The position numbers and the translations under genes are program-made. Positions 45,730 to 53,854 of a DNA stretch of 64,000 bases are shown here, piece by piece (the first letter of the stretch is position 1; every line of letters starts with the position of its first letter). The DNA comes from an uncultured Aliiroseovarius sp. (GTDB taxonomy: Bacteria; Pseudomonadota; Alphaproteobacteria; Rhodobacterales; Rhodobacteraceae): the NCBI RefSeq assembly GCF_947492455.1, contig NZ_CANLNB010000004.1, positions 460,489 through 524,488 on the forward strand, written 5' to 3'. Below the pieces are notes generated by a model, which searched no databases, was not told where the DNA came from, and saw nothing but the letters and a program-made list of their open reading frames with translations.

Positions 45730-47019
45730 ATGGCTTTGGACACACAAACTGGCATCGCCGAATATGATGCTCCGAAGAAAGATCTTTACGAGATCGGTGA
45801 AATGCCCCCGCTGGGCCACGTTCCCGCGCAGATGTATGCATGGGCAATCCGCCGTGACCGTCAGGGTGAACCGAACAAGGCCATGCAGGTCGAGGTCGTA
45901 GATACCCCCAAGCTGGACAGCCACGAAGTGCTGGTTCTGGTGATGGCCGCTGGTGTGAACTACAACGGCATCTGGGCTGGTCTGGGCGTTCCGGTCAGCA
46001 TGTTCGACGTGCACAAGCAGGACTATCACATCGCAGGTTCGGATGCCTCGGGCATCGTGTGGGCCGTAGGCGACAAGGTGAAGAACTGGAAAGTGGGCGA
46101 CGAAGTTGTCATCCACTGTAACCAAGATGACGGTGACGACGAAGAATGTAACGGCGGCGACCCGATGTATTCGTCCAGCCAGCGTATCTGGGGCTATGAG
46201 ACCCCCGATGGCTCGTTCGCTCAGTTCACCCGCGTTCAGGCACAGCAGCTGCTGCACCGTCCCAAGCACCTGACCTGGGAAGAAAGCGCCTGCTACACGC
46301 TGACGCTGGCCACTGCTTACCGCATGCTGTTCGGCCACCACCCGCATGAACTGAAGCCCGGTCAGAACGTTCTGGTTTGGGGTGCTTCGGGCGGCCTGGG
46401 GTCCTACGCAATCCAGCTGATCAACGCTGCTGGTGGTAACGCCATCGGTGTGATCTCGGACGAAAGCAAGCGTGACTTCGTGATGGGTCTGGGCGCCAAG
46501 GGCGTGATCAACCGCAAGGACTTCAGCTGCTGGGGCCAACTGCCCACCGTGAACACGCCGGAATATGACGTGTGGTTCAAGGAAGCCCGCCGCTTTGGTA
46601 AGGCCATCTGGGACATCACCGGCAAAGGCAACAACGTGGACATCGTGTTCGAACACCCCGGTGAGTCGACCTTCCCGGTCTCGAACCTGGTCTGTAAGAA
46701 GGGCGGCATGGTTGTCATCTGCGCCGGCACCACCGGCTTCAACTGTACCTTCGACGTTCGCTACACCTGGATGCACCAGAAGCGTCTGCAGGGCTCGCAC
46801 TTCGCGCACCTGAAGCAGGCCGCTGCTGCCAACAAGCTGATGATCGAGCGCCGCATCGACCCCTACATGTCGGAAGTGTTCCCGTGGGCTGAAATCCCGG
46901 ACGCGCACATGAAAATGTACAAGAACGAACACAAGCCGGGCAACATGTCGGTGCTGGTTCAGTCGCCGAAAACCGGCCTGCGGACCTTCGAAGACGCTCT
47001 GGAAGCCGGCCCTAAATAA
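45730..47019 (+). CDS. ccr: Crotonyl-CoA carboxylase/reductase
   Basis: 429 aa. N-terminus KDLYEIGEMPPLGHVPAQMYAWAIRRDRQGEP is characteristic of Ccr. MDR fold with GASGGLGS. Confidence 0.92.
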   Translation: MALDTQTGIAEYDAPKKDLYEIGEMPPLGHVPAQMYAWAIRRDRQGEPNKAMQVEVVDTPKLDSHEVLVLVMAAGVNYNGIWAGLGVPVSMFDVHKQDYHIAGSDASGIVWAVGDKVKNWKVGDEVVIHCNQDDGDDEECNGGDPMYSSSQRIWGYETPDGSFAQFTRVQAQQLLHRPKHLTWEESACYTLTLATAYRMLFGHHPHELKPGQNVLVWGASGGLGSYAIQLINAAGGNAIGVISDESKRDFVMGLGAKGVINRKDFSCWGQLPTVNTPEYDVWFKEARRFGKAIWDITGKGNNVDIVFEHPGESTFPVSNLVCKKGGMVVICAGTTGFNCTFDVRYTWMHQKRLQGSHFAHLKQAAAANKLMIERRIDPYMSEVFPWAEIPDAHMKMYKNEHKPGNMSVLVQSPKTGLRTFEDALEAGPK

Positions 47020-47046
47020 GCCGCAATTTCCACCCAATTACGCCAG

Positions 47047-47072
47047 CCCGCTGCCTTATCAAAGGCGGCGGG
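47047..47072 (+). terminator. Terminator-like hairpin after ccr
   Basis: CCCGCTGCC-N8-GGCGGCGGG (9 bp with one G.U pair) followed by CATTTGATT, a weak T-tract. Confidence 0.45.
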
Positions 47073-47212
47073 CATTTGATTCCGATTCGCGAATCACCCT
47101 GCCAAACGGGCGAAGCTGTGGGGTTTCCGCTACGGAAGGTGTTTTTTTAGCCTTTCGCGACCTCGCTATTTATGGGGAGTTTTATTCCGCGAGTTAGAAG
47201 TGGCAAATACAC

Positions 47213-47470
47213 ATGCTAAACTTGAAAAAAGCACCACTGTTCGAGGGTTTTGCCGTGTCTGACAAATGGATTGTTGATGTACTTACCGACCTCATGGCCT
47301 ATGCTGAGAAAAACGGTCTGAGCGTGACGGCAGAACAGCTTGATGATGCACGACTCATTGCTTTGACCGAGATTTCAAACACGTCTCGCGAGTCAAAGGA
47401 GATCGCGCGAACCTATGACGAACCGGCTCGAAGACCTTCTCTCTACCTTGCAAGCGGCGGCCACGCTTGA
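47213..47470 (+). CDS. Small acidic hypothetical protein upstream of and overlapping luxR
   Basis: 85-codon ORF in a region of about 48% GC, where random long ORFs are uncommon. Predicted helical and acidic. The 3' end overlaps luxR by 56 nt in another frame. No clear SD and no recognisable family. Confidence 0.35.
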   Translation: MLNLKKAPLFEGFAVSDKWIVDVLTDLMAYAEKNGLSVTAEQLDDARLIALTEISNTSRESKEIARTYDEPARRPSLYLASGGHA

Positions 47471-48128
47471 AGACCTGCAAGCGGTCCTTGAATCGCTGCG
47501 GGATCACTACAAAGTCGAGCATACGGTTTACCATTGGGTAAACTCTGTCGGGGAACGTTACGGGGCAGGGACCTATTCGGCTGAATGGGTCGACCGCTAT
47601 CTCGAAAAAGACTATCTGCGGATGGACCCCGTTATTTTTGGCTGTTTTCAAAGGTTTACGCCGGTCTCTTGGAAAGAGCTCGACTGGTCGTCCAAAGCTG
47701 CGCGCGAAATGTGGCAGGACGCGCTGGATCACGGGCTGGGAAATCAGGGCTACACAATTCCTATTCGCGGGCCAAACGGGCAGTTCGCGTTGTTCACGCT
47801 GAACGCTTCTCTTAGCGACGAAGATTGGGCGCAATTCATCGATGACAACGCCCGAGATCTGATGATTTTGGGGCATGAGTTCAACAAGAAGGCGCTGGAA
47901 TTCGAGCAGTGGGGAGAGGACGGAAGCACGCCCGCGCTGTCCCCGCGCGAGCTGGCATCGATGAGCTGCCTTGCCCGCGGAATGAGCCGCGCACAGGCCG
48001 CGGCCGAGCTAAATATCTCGGAACATACGCTGCGCGTTTACATCGAAAGTTCGCGGCATAAATTGGGCGCGATGAATACAACTCACGCGGTCGCGCGCGC
48101 ACTTTCGGCCGGGATCATCATAATTTAA
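47415..48128 (+). CDS. luxR: LuxR-family autoinducer-binding transcriptional regulator
   Basis: N-terminal autoinducer-binding domain (W/Y/D residues, YLRMDPV) and a C-terminal GerE HTH (LSPRELASMSCLARGMSRAQAAAELNISEHTLRVYIESSRHKLG). Confidence 0.9.
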   Translation: MTNRLEDLLSTLQAAATLEDLQAVLESLRDHYKVEHTVYHWVNSVGERYGAGTYSAEWVDRYLEKDYLRMDPVIFGCFQRFTPVSWKELDWSSKAAREMWQDALDHGLGNQGYTIPIRGPNGQFALFTLNASLSDEDWAQFIDDNARDLMILGHEFNKKALEFEQWGEDGSTPALSPRELASMSCLARGMSRAQAAAELNISEHTLRVYIESSRHKLGAMNTTHAVARALSAGIIII

Positions 48129-48216
48129 ACACATTCTACCTCACGATGTATTTGCCATACGTTAACTAAGAAGCGACCATTGTCCTATTAACCACACGGA
48201 CAAAGGAGCTCCACTC

Positions 48217-48867
48217 ATGCTGCGTTACCTCTATGGCAATGATCTTTCGAAATTCCCTCTGCTGGCTGAAACCATGTTTCAGGATCGGGCTAAACAATTC
48301 TCGCACCGTCTTGGCTGGGACGTTTCGGTCGACGAGAAGGGATATGAGCGCGACGAGTACGACGACATGAACCCGCTTTACGTGATCTGGGAACAGGCCG
48401 ATGGCCGTCACGGCGGGTCCATGCGCTTTCTACCCACGGTCGGGCAAACAATGGTGAATGACCACTTCAGCCATCTGACCGACGGCGTCCATATCGAAAG
48501 CCCGCTGATCTGGGAATGCACCCGCTTCTGCCTGTCCCCAAGCGCAGATCGTCGTGCATCTGCGGCTTTGGCGCTGGGTGCGGGCGAGATCATGGATACG
48601 TTCAAGCTGGAACACTATGTTGGCGTGTTCGACCCCCGCATGGAACGTATCTATCGTCTGATGGGCCTCGAGCCCGAGGTGATCGGCATGGCCGGTGAGG
48701 GTCGCGACCGTATCGGTGTTGGCCTCTGGTCGATGGATGAAAGCGCGTTTGAACCCACCTTGAAGAAGGTCGGCGTATCGCGCGAGGTCAGCCAAGGCTG
48801 GCTGCGGTATTCACTGTCGACGGTCAACCGTGCGCCTGCGCCGCAAATTATGCCGCGTAGCGCCTGA
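48217..48867 (+). CDS. luxI: Acyl-homoserine-lactone synthase (LuxI family)
   Basis: FRDRAKQF-type N-terminus (MFQDRAKQFSHRLGWDV), DEYD, SMRFLPT, WECTRFC motifs. AAGGAG SD. Confidence 0.92.
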   Translation: MLRYLYGNDLSKFPLLAETMFQDRAKQFSHRLGWDVSVDEKGYERDEYDDMNPLYVIWEQADGRHGGSMRFLPTVGQTMVNDHFSHLTDGVHIESPLIWECTRFCLSPSADRRASAALALGAGEIMDTFKLEHYVGVFDPRMERIYRLMGLEPEVIGMAGEGRDRIGVGLWSMDESAFEPTLKKVGVSREVSQGWLRYSLSTVNRAPAPQIMPRSA

Positions 48868-48942
48868 TCAATCCTCAAGAAAATCGGCGACCAGCGTCTT
48901 CGGGCGCTGGTGCTGCCCATGCGCGCGCGATAGGGTCGCGGC

Positions 48943-50481
48943 ATGACCGAACGATCCCCTGTTACCTTCTCGGACGACCAAGCCGAAGCGCATGACCGCG
49001 TCTCTGATATGCTGCGCCTGTCGGGCGTCAATCTGGACGATGCGCTTCTAACACCAGTGGCGGATGGCAAGTCGCAGGTAATGGCTGTGATCGGCAAGGC
49101 CGGATCCGGCAAGACGCTGCTGCTGGCCGAACTCTACCGCGCGCTGGAAGATGCGGGGGTCGAGGTGATCTCGGGCGATTGGGAGGGCAAGCGCCGCAAG
49201 GAACGCCGTACTCTGGCCATTCTGGCCCCGACCAACAAGGCAGCCAGCGTGCTGCGCAACCGGGGTGTGCCGGCGACGACCATTCACCGCATCCTTTACA
49301 CGCCCGTCTACGACCCCGAATACGAAAAGATCGCGGAATGGCTGGCCGGGAACGGCGACCGACCCGAGATCGAGGGACTGACGGACGAGGCGCTGGATCG
49401 TGCCTTCTCCTTCTATCAGACCCAGAAATCCATCCCCGGTGCGCTGGCAGCGGCTGGGCTTCGTGGGTCCGACTTTATTACCGGCTGGAAGCGGCGCGAT
49501 GACCCGCTGGACATCGGTTTTGTCGACGAAAGCTCGATGCTGGATGAAAAGCAATTCGAGGATCTGCGCGAGATTTTCCCGACCTTGGTCCTGTTCGGCG
49601 ACCCTGCGCAGCTGGCCCCGGTGGGGCAGTCCGGCAAGATGATCTTTGACGACATCAAGGGTCCAAGAAGGCAGGTTCTGCATCGCATCCACCGTCAGGA
49701 AGATGACAACCCCATTCTGGATCTGGCGCACGCTTTGGCGGATGACAGCCTTGATTTCGACGGCTTTGAACGGATGATTCATCAGGCTGCCGCGCGCGAT
49801 GATCGTGTCGTGGTGGCGCAGCGCGCCAATGCTGACCTGATGGCACGCTCGCCTGTGCTGGTCTGGCGCAACAAGACGCGCGTGCGGTTGATCCAGGCCT
49901 TCCGATCCGCCTTTCACGCCCCCGAGATCGAGCTTCTGCCCGGCGAACCCCTGATCTGTGACGGGATCGAGTTGCCGCTGAAGCACCGCAAGAAACGCAT
50001 CGACCTTGAGGCGCGTGGTCTGATCAAAGGCGCGCAATGTGTCTATCTGGGGCCGGGGAAACGGCCCGGGTTTTCGCGGTTACATGTGTTGGGCGCAGAG
50101 GATCCTCAGGTTTCGGCAGCGTCGATCGTGAAGATCGAAAAACCGGATGAAGAAGAGCCGTTCATCCCCTTTGCTGCCCGTATGGGCGCGGCCTTTCTGC
50201 ACGGGGCGGCGGTGACCATCCACAAGGCGCAGGGTTCGCAATGGCCTGAGGTGCAGGTCTTTGCCCCGGATATTGCGGCGGCGGCCTGGGCGGGGCGGAA
50301 AGAGGCTGGATTGCCTCTGTGGAAGCGGTTGGCTTACGTGGCGATCACCCGGGCCGAGACGCGACTGCATTGGGTGACGCGCTATGCGATGGCACGACCG
50401 CAAGGGGATCTGTCGACAGCGGATCTGCCCGCAAAACCCACAACCTTGACACTGGAAGCACAAGGAGCGCCTGATGCCTAG
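48943..50481 (+). CDS. SF1 DNA helicase, RecD/TraA/PIF1-like
   Basis: Walker A GKAGSGKT, Walker B FVDESSMLD, C-terminal TIHKAQGSQW and YVAITRA motifs. Confidence 0.8.
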   Translation: MTERSPVTFSDDQAEAHDRVSDMLRLSGVNLDDALLTPVADGKSQVMAVIGKAGSGKTLLLAELYRALEDAGVEVISGDWEGKRRKERRTLAILAPTNKAASVLRNRGVPATTIHRILYTPVYDPEYEKIAEWLAGNGDRPEIEGLTDEALDRAFSFYQTQKSIPGALAAAGLRGSDFITGWKRRDDPLDIGFVDESSMLDEKQFEDLREIFPTLVLFGDPAQLAPVGQSGKMIFDDIKGPRRQVLHRIHRQEDDNPILDLAHALADDSLDFDGFERMIHQAAARDDRVVVAQRANADLMARSPVLVWRNKTRVRLIQAFRSAFHAPEIELLPGEPLICDGIELPLKHRKKRIDLEARGLIKGAQCVYLGPGKRPGFSRLHVLGAEDPQVSAASIVKIEKPDEEEPFIPFAARMGAAFLHGAAVTIHKAQGSQWPEVQVFAPDIAAAAWAGRKEAGLPLWKRLAYVAITRAETRLHWVTRYAMARPQGDLSTADLPAKPTTLTLEAQGAPDA

Positions 50482-51202
50482 CATTCTGATCACCGGGGCC
50501 AGTGCTGGCATTGGTCGCGCCGTCGCCGAGTTGTTTCTGGCCGAAGGCTGGACCGTCGGCCTGCTAGCACGGCGCAAAGAGGCGCTGGACGAGATCGCCG
50601 AGGGGCAGGAGAACGCGCATGTGCTGGTTGCGGATGTCTCGGATCCTGACGCAGTCAGCGCGGCGTTTGACCAGTTTGCCGCGATAGCAGGTCGTCTGGA
50701 TGTGCTGTTCAACAACGCAGGCCTGTTCTCGCCCGCCGCGCCGATTGACGAGGTCGCGGTCGAGGACTGGACCCGCGCGGTGTCGGTCAACCTGACCGGT
50801 ATGTTTCTGTGCGCCCGCGCGGCCTTTGCTCAGATGCGCGCGCAATCCCCGCAGGGTGGGCGGATCATCAACAATGGCTCGATCAGCGCCCATGTCCCGC
50901 GCGAGGGGGCCGTGACCTATACCGTCACAAAACACGGGATCACCGGGTTGACCCGGCAGCTAAGCCTTGATGGGCGCCCCTTTGACATTGCCTGCGGCCA
51001 GATCGACATCGGCAACGCGCGGACGGATCTGTTGCAAGGCATCATCGACGCCGCAGTGGCGGAAGGTGATGTGCCGCCCCCGTCGATGGATGTGGGAGAA
51101 GTCGCGAAGTCAGTCCTGCACATGGCGCAGTTGCCGCCCGAGGCGAACGTGCAGTTCATGACCGTGATGGCGACCAAGATGCCCTATATCGGGCGCGGTT
51201 AA
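50474..51202 (+). CDS. Short-chain dehydrogenase/reductase (SDR)
   Basis: ITGASAGIGRA, NNAG, catalytic YTVTK. Overlaps the helicase stop by 8 nt. Confidence 0.88.
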   Translation: MPSILITGASAGIGRAVAELFLAEGWTVGLLARRKEALDEIAEGQENAHVLVADVSDPDAVSAAFDQFAAIAGRLDVLFNNAGLFSPAAPIDEVAVEDWTRAVSVNLTGMFLCARAAFAQMRAQSPQGGRIINNGSISAHVPREGAVTYTVTKHGITGLTRQLSLDGRPFDIACGQIDIGNARTDLLQGIIDAAVAEGDVPPPSMDVGEVAKSVLHMAQLPPEANVQFMTVMATKMPYIGRG

Positions 51203-51218
51203 CGCGCGGGCTTTCGGT

Positions 51219-51302
51219 GGCTCACTGCGTGAGCCTGAAGGGGCTTTGCCCCTCTGCGCGTCGCGCATTCACCCCAAGGTATTTAAGACAAGAAAATGGG
51301 TG
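51219..51302 (+). repeat. Intergenic structured repeat, copy B (see copy A at 4317)
   Basis: GGCTCAC-TGC-GTGAGCC, TGA, GGGGCTTTGCCCC, a GC hairpin (TGCGCG/CGCGCA), then CCCCAAGGTATT and a CAAGAAAATGGG tail. Confidence 0.6.
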
Positions 51303-52070
51303 TCAGTTACGCAGGATCATGCGGAAGGCAGCCGATGCGCCCCAGCCTGCGGCGATGGCGATCACCAGCGATAGCAGACCATAGATCAGCGGCTGTTCAT
51401 GGGCCAGATTGAAGATCCAGCGCTCTAACCCGACTTTCTGCACGTTGATGATCGTCTCGTATTCCGAGGTCACCTGACCACCGCGCGTCAACAGGATCCG
51501 CGTGCGATAGTCGCCCTCGGTCAGGTTGGCGGGCAGGGCGATACGCGTTTCAAAAAGCGTGTCCTGCGCCAATTTGACCGAGTTTTCCAAACGTTTGTAG
51601 AGGCCCGATTTCTCGCGGATGCGGATCAGAGCGTCGGTGAACTCGCGCGGGTCGTCGATGTTGAACGGATTATCCGAGATTTGGATCGAACGTTCGACCG
51701 AGATCAGGTGCTGGAAGTCGTCCAGCTTCGAAATCGTGTTGTCCAGCGTGTTCGAGGTGGCAATGGCGTAGAAACTGGGGGCGGCGGCAAGTTCCATCGC
51801 GTCGGTGTTTACCCAGATGCCAAAGCGCTTGTCTTTCTTGCGCACGGTGATGGGGGCGCTTGGTCCCTCGACCACAACCACGACCCCAAGCGGGCTGTCC
51901 TCTGGGGGCGGGCTTTCGCGTTTAACTGCGCCGAAGATCAGGATTTCCGAGCCAACAAAGGTGGCGGTGATCGACACCCGGTTTTGGCTGAGGCCCGCGA
52001 CGATTTCCTCGGCCCGGGTGGGCAGGGCCGACAGGAAGAATAGGGCGATGATGGACAGGATACGCAGCAT
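51303..52070 (-). CDS. TIGR02186-like alphaproteobacterial membrane-anchored protein
   Basis: Signal peptide MLRILSIIALFFLSALPTRA, a C-terminal TM segment, about 255 aa. Directly coupled to the TauE gene (ATGA overlap). Family assignment is from memory. Confidence 0.55.
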   Translation of the reverse strand: MLRILSIIALFFLSALPTRAEEIVAGLSQNRVSITATFVGSEILIFGAVKRESPPPEDSPLGVVVVVEGPSAPITVRKKDKRFGIWVNTDAMELAAAPSFYAIATSNTLDNTISKLDDFQHLISVERSIQISDNPFNIDDPREFTDALIRIREKSGLYKRLENSVKLAQDTLFETRIALPANLTEGDYRTRILLTRGGQVTSEYETIINVQKVGLERWIFNLAHEQPLIYGLLSLVIAIAAGWGASAAFRMILRN

Positions 52071-52987
52071 CAGTGCCCCCCTACCGCGCCAAGTTCAAAC
52101 AGTTCGGCAGGCTGGATCAGCAGATCCAGGCCCAGTTTGCCGCAGACTGCCAGAACCATGATCGCCAAGAGGACGCGGAGCTGTTCCGCTTTTAAGCGCA
52201 CGCCGATCTGGGCACCGATCTGGGCGCCGATGACACCGCCGATCAGCAGTAGCACGGCCAGCCCCATATCCACGGTGAAGTTGGTGGTGGCGTGCAGGAG
52301 CGTGGTGAAGGCGGTGACGAAGATGATCTGGAACAGCGAGGTTCCGACCACAACTTTCGTCGGCATCCCAAGCAGATAGATCATGGCGGGCACCATGATG
52401 AAGCCGCCGCCCACACCCATGATGGCGGCAAGGATACCGACGAGAACGCCCACCAGAACCGGTGGAATGACCGAGATATACAGCCCCGAGGTGCGGAACT
52501 TCATCTTGAAGGGCAGGTTGTGGACCCACGTGTGTTTGCGCCGTTTGGGCACGCCCCCGCCTTTGCGTGACTTCATAATCGCGCGCAGGCTTTCGACGAA
52601 CATCAGGGACCCGATGATGCCCAGAAAGACCACGTAGGACAGTTTGACCAGAAGATCGACTTGCCCGATGGCCTTCAACGCATTGAAAAGTTGAACACCA
52701 AGCGCTGCGCCGATCAAACCTCCGACCAAGAGCACACAGCCCATTCGGAGATCCACCGTCTTTCGTTTCAAATGTGCGAGCACCCCGGAAAACGAGCTTG
52801 CGACGATCTGGTTTGCTTCGGTCGCAACGGCGACTGCAGGCGGAATGCCGATGAAAAACAGCAGCGGGGTCATCAAGAAGCCCCCGCCGACGCCGAACAT
52901 GCCGGATAGGATACCCACAATGCCACCGAGGCCCAGCAGAAGGAACGCGTTTACGGACACTTCGGCGATTGGCAGGTAGATCTGCAT
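52070..52987 (-). CDS. TauE/SafE (DUF81) family anion exporter
   Basis: 305 aa, 8+ TM segments, duplicated GxGGG motifs (MFGVGGGFLMTP, IMGVGGGFIMVP). Confidence 0.85.
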   Translation of the reverse strand: MQIYLPIAEVSVNAFLLLGLGGIVGILSGMFGVGGGFLMTPLLFFIGIPPAVAVATEANQIVASSFSGVLAHLKRKTVDLRMGCVLLVGGLIGAALGVQLFNALKAIGQVDLLVKLSYVVFLGIIGSLMFVESLRAIMKSRKGGGVPKRRKHTWVHNLPFKMKFRTSGLYISVIPPVLVGVLVGILAAIMGVGGGFIMVPAMIYLLGMPTKVVVGTSLFQIIFVTAFTTLLHATTNFTVDMGLAVLLLIGGVIGAQIGAQIGVRLKAEQLRVLLAIMVLAVCGKLGLDLLIQPAELFELGAVGGH

Positions 52988-53041
52988 AAGGCGGGGTACT
53001 CTGGATGTTCAGTCTTGGGATTGGCCCATTAATGGCCCAAA

Positions 53042-53854
53042 TCAGGCGGGCTCGTCACCTGTTAAGTAGCGTCGAACCAGTTTTTCCAGCTTTTCAGCGC
53101 CAAGTGGAGCCATTTTTTTAGTGTGTTCGTGGCTAATCGCTTCGTCCGACAGGCCTTGGGCCATGTTGGTGATGGTCGAAAAGCCCGCAACACGCAGTCC
53201 AAGGAAGCGTGCCAGAATCACTTCGGGCACAGTCGACATGCCCACGGCATCCGCGCCGAGGGTGTGAATGGCGCGAATTTCGGCGGGGGTTTCAAACGAC
53301 GGGCCAGAGTACCACGCATAGGTGCCTTGTTGCAGGGCGATGCCTTCCTCTGACGCGATACGTTGGAAATCACCCACCATTTCCGGATCATAGGCGCCGC
53401 CCATCGGGACAAACCGCGCATCGGTCTTTTCCCCGATCAGCGGGTTCAGGCCCGAGAAGTTGATGTGGTCAGTGATCTGCATCAGATTGCCCGGTGGGAT
53501 GTCCGCCCGCATCGACCCGGCGGCATTGGTCAGGATCAGACGATCCGCGCCCAATTCGCACAGAACCTCAAGCGGCAGGCGCATCGCGTCCGAACGCCCG
53601 TTCTCGTAATAATGCTCCCGCCCTCCGAACACCGCCACGCGGGTGGTGCCCAGCGTGCCGATGGCAAGGTTCGGGTTGTGGCCCGAGACACCGGCATGGG
53701 GGAAGCCTTCAAGCCGGCCATAGGGGATCGCAACGCCGTCCACAGCCTCGGCCAGATGGCCAAGACCGGACCCGAGGACCAGTCCGACCTCGACCGGGGC
53801 GTCGCCGGCGACAGCGCGGATTTGCTCTGCGAGCGCCTTAGCGTTCTTTGACAT
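53042..53854 (-). CDS. Purine-nucleoside phosphorylase, trimeric PNP/MTAP family (PunA/XapA-like)
   Basis: GSGLG, GREHYYENG, GPSFETPAE, VGMSTVPE motifs. ATG 53854 overlaps the upstream permease stop by 17 nt. Confidence 0.88.
   Translation of the reverse strand: MSKNAKALAEQIRAVAGDAPVEVGLVLGSGLGHLAEAVDGVAIPYGRLEGFPHAGVSGHNPNLAIGTLGTTRVAVFGGREHYYENGRSDAMRLPLEVLCELGADRLILTNAAGSMRADIPPGNLMQITDHINFSGLNPLIGEKTDARFVPMGGAYDPEMVGDFQRIASEEGIALQQGTYAWYSGPSFETPAEIRAIHTLGADAVGMSTVPEVILARFLGLRVAGFSTITNMAQGLSDEAISHEHTKKMAPLGAEKLEKLVRRYLTGDEPA

Noticed and set aside
45700-47037. 445-aa minus-strand ORF covering the ccr locus
   Set aside because: It is antisense to a textbook Ccr sequence, with junk-like composition and no SD. 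The same reasoning applies to 42112-43956 (antisense ecm), 18630-20330 and 17745-18614 (antisense putA), 13287-14309 (antisense metF), 34719-35507 (antisense trpA), 21471-22481, 26629-27909, 30078-31496, 28034-29068, 57340-58503, 49048-50037 and 63244-63993.
47355-47876. 173-aa minus-strand ORF inside the QS island
   Set aside because: It is antisense to the well-supported luxR gene, with an Arg-rich, motif-free translation and no SD.
48129-48216. lux-box-type 18-20 bp palindrome upstream of luxI
   Set aside because: Only weak, gapped inverted repeats are present (ACGATGTAT...ATACGT; GTTAAC). Nothing is convincing enough to annotate.
53019-53034. GGCCCATTAATGGCCC near-palindrome between the TauE start and the PNP stop
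   Set aside because: It is a short (10-bp perfect core) palindrome with no T-tract and no second copy. This is too little evidence to call it an operator or a terminator.
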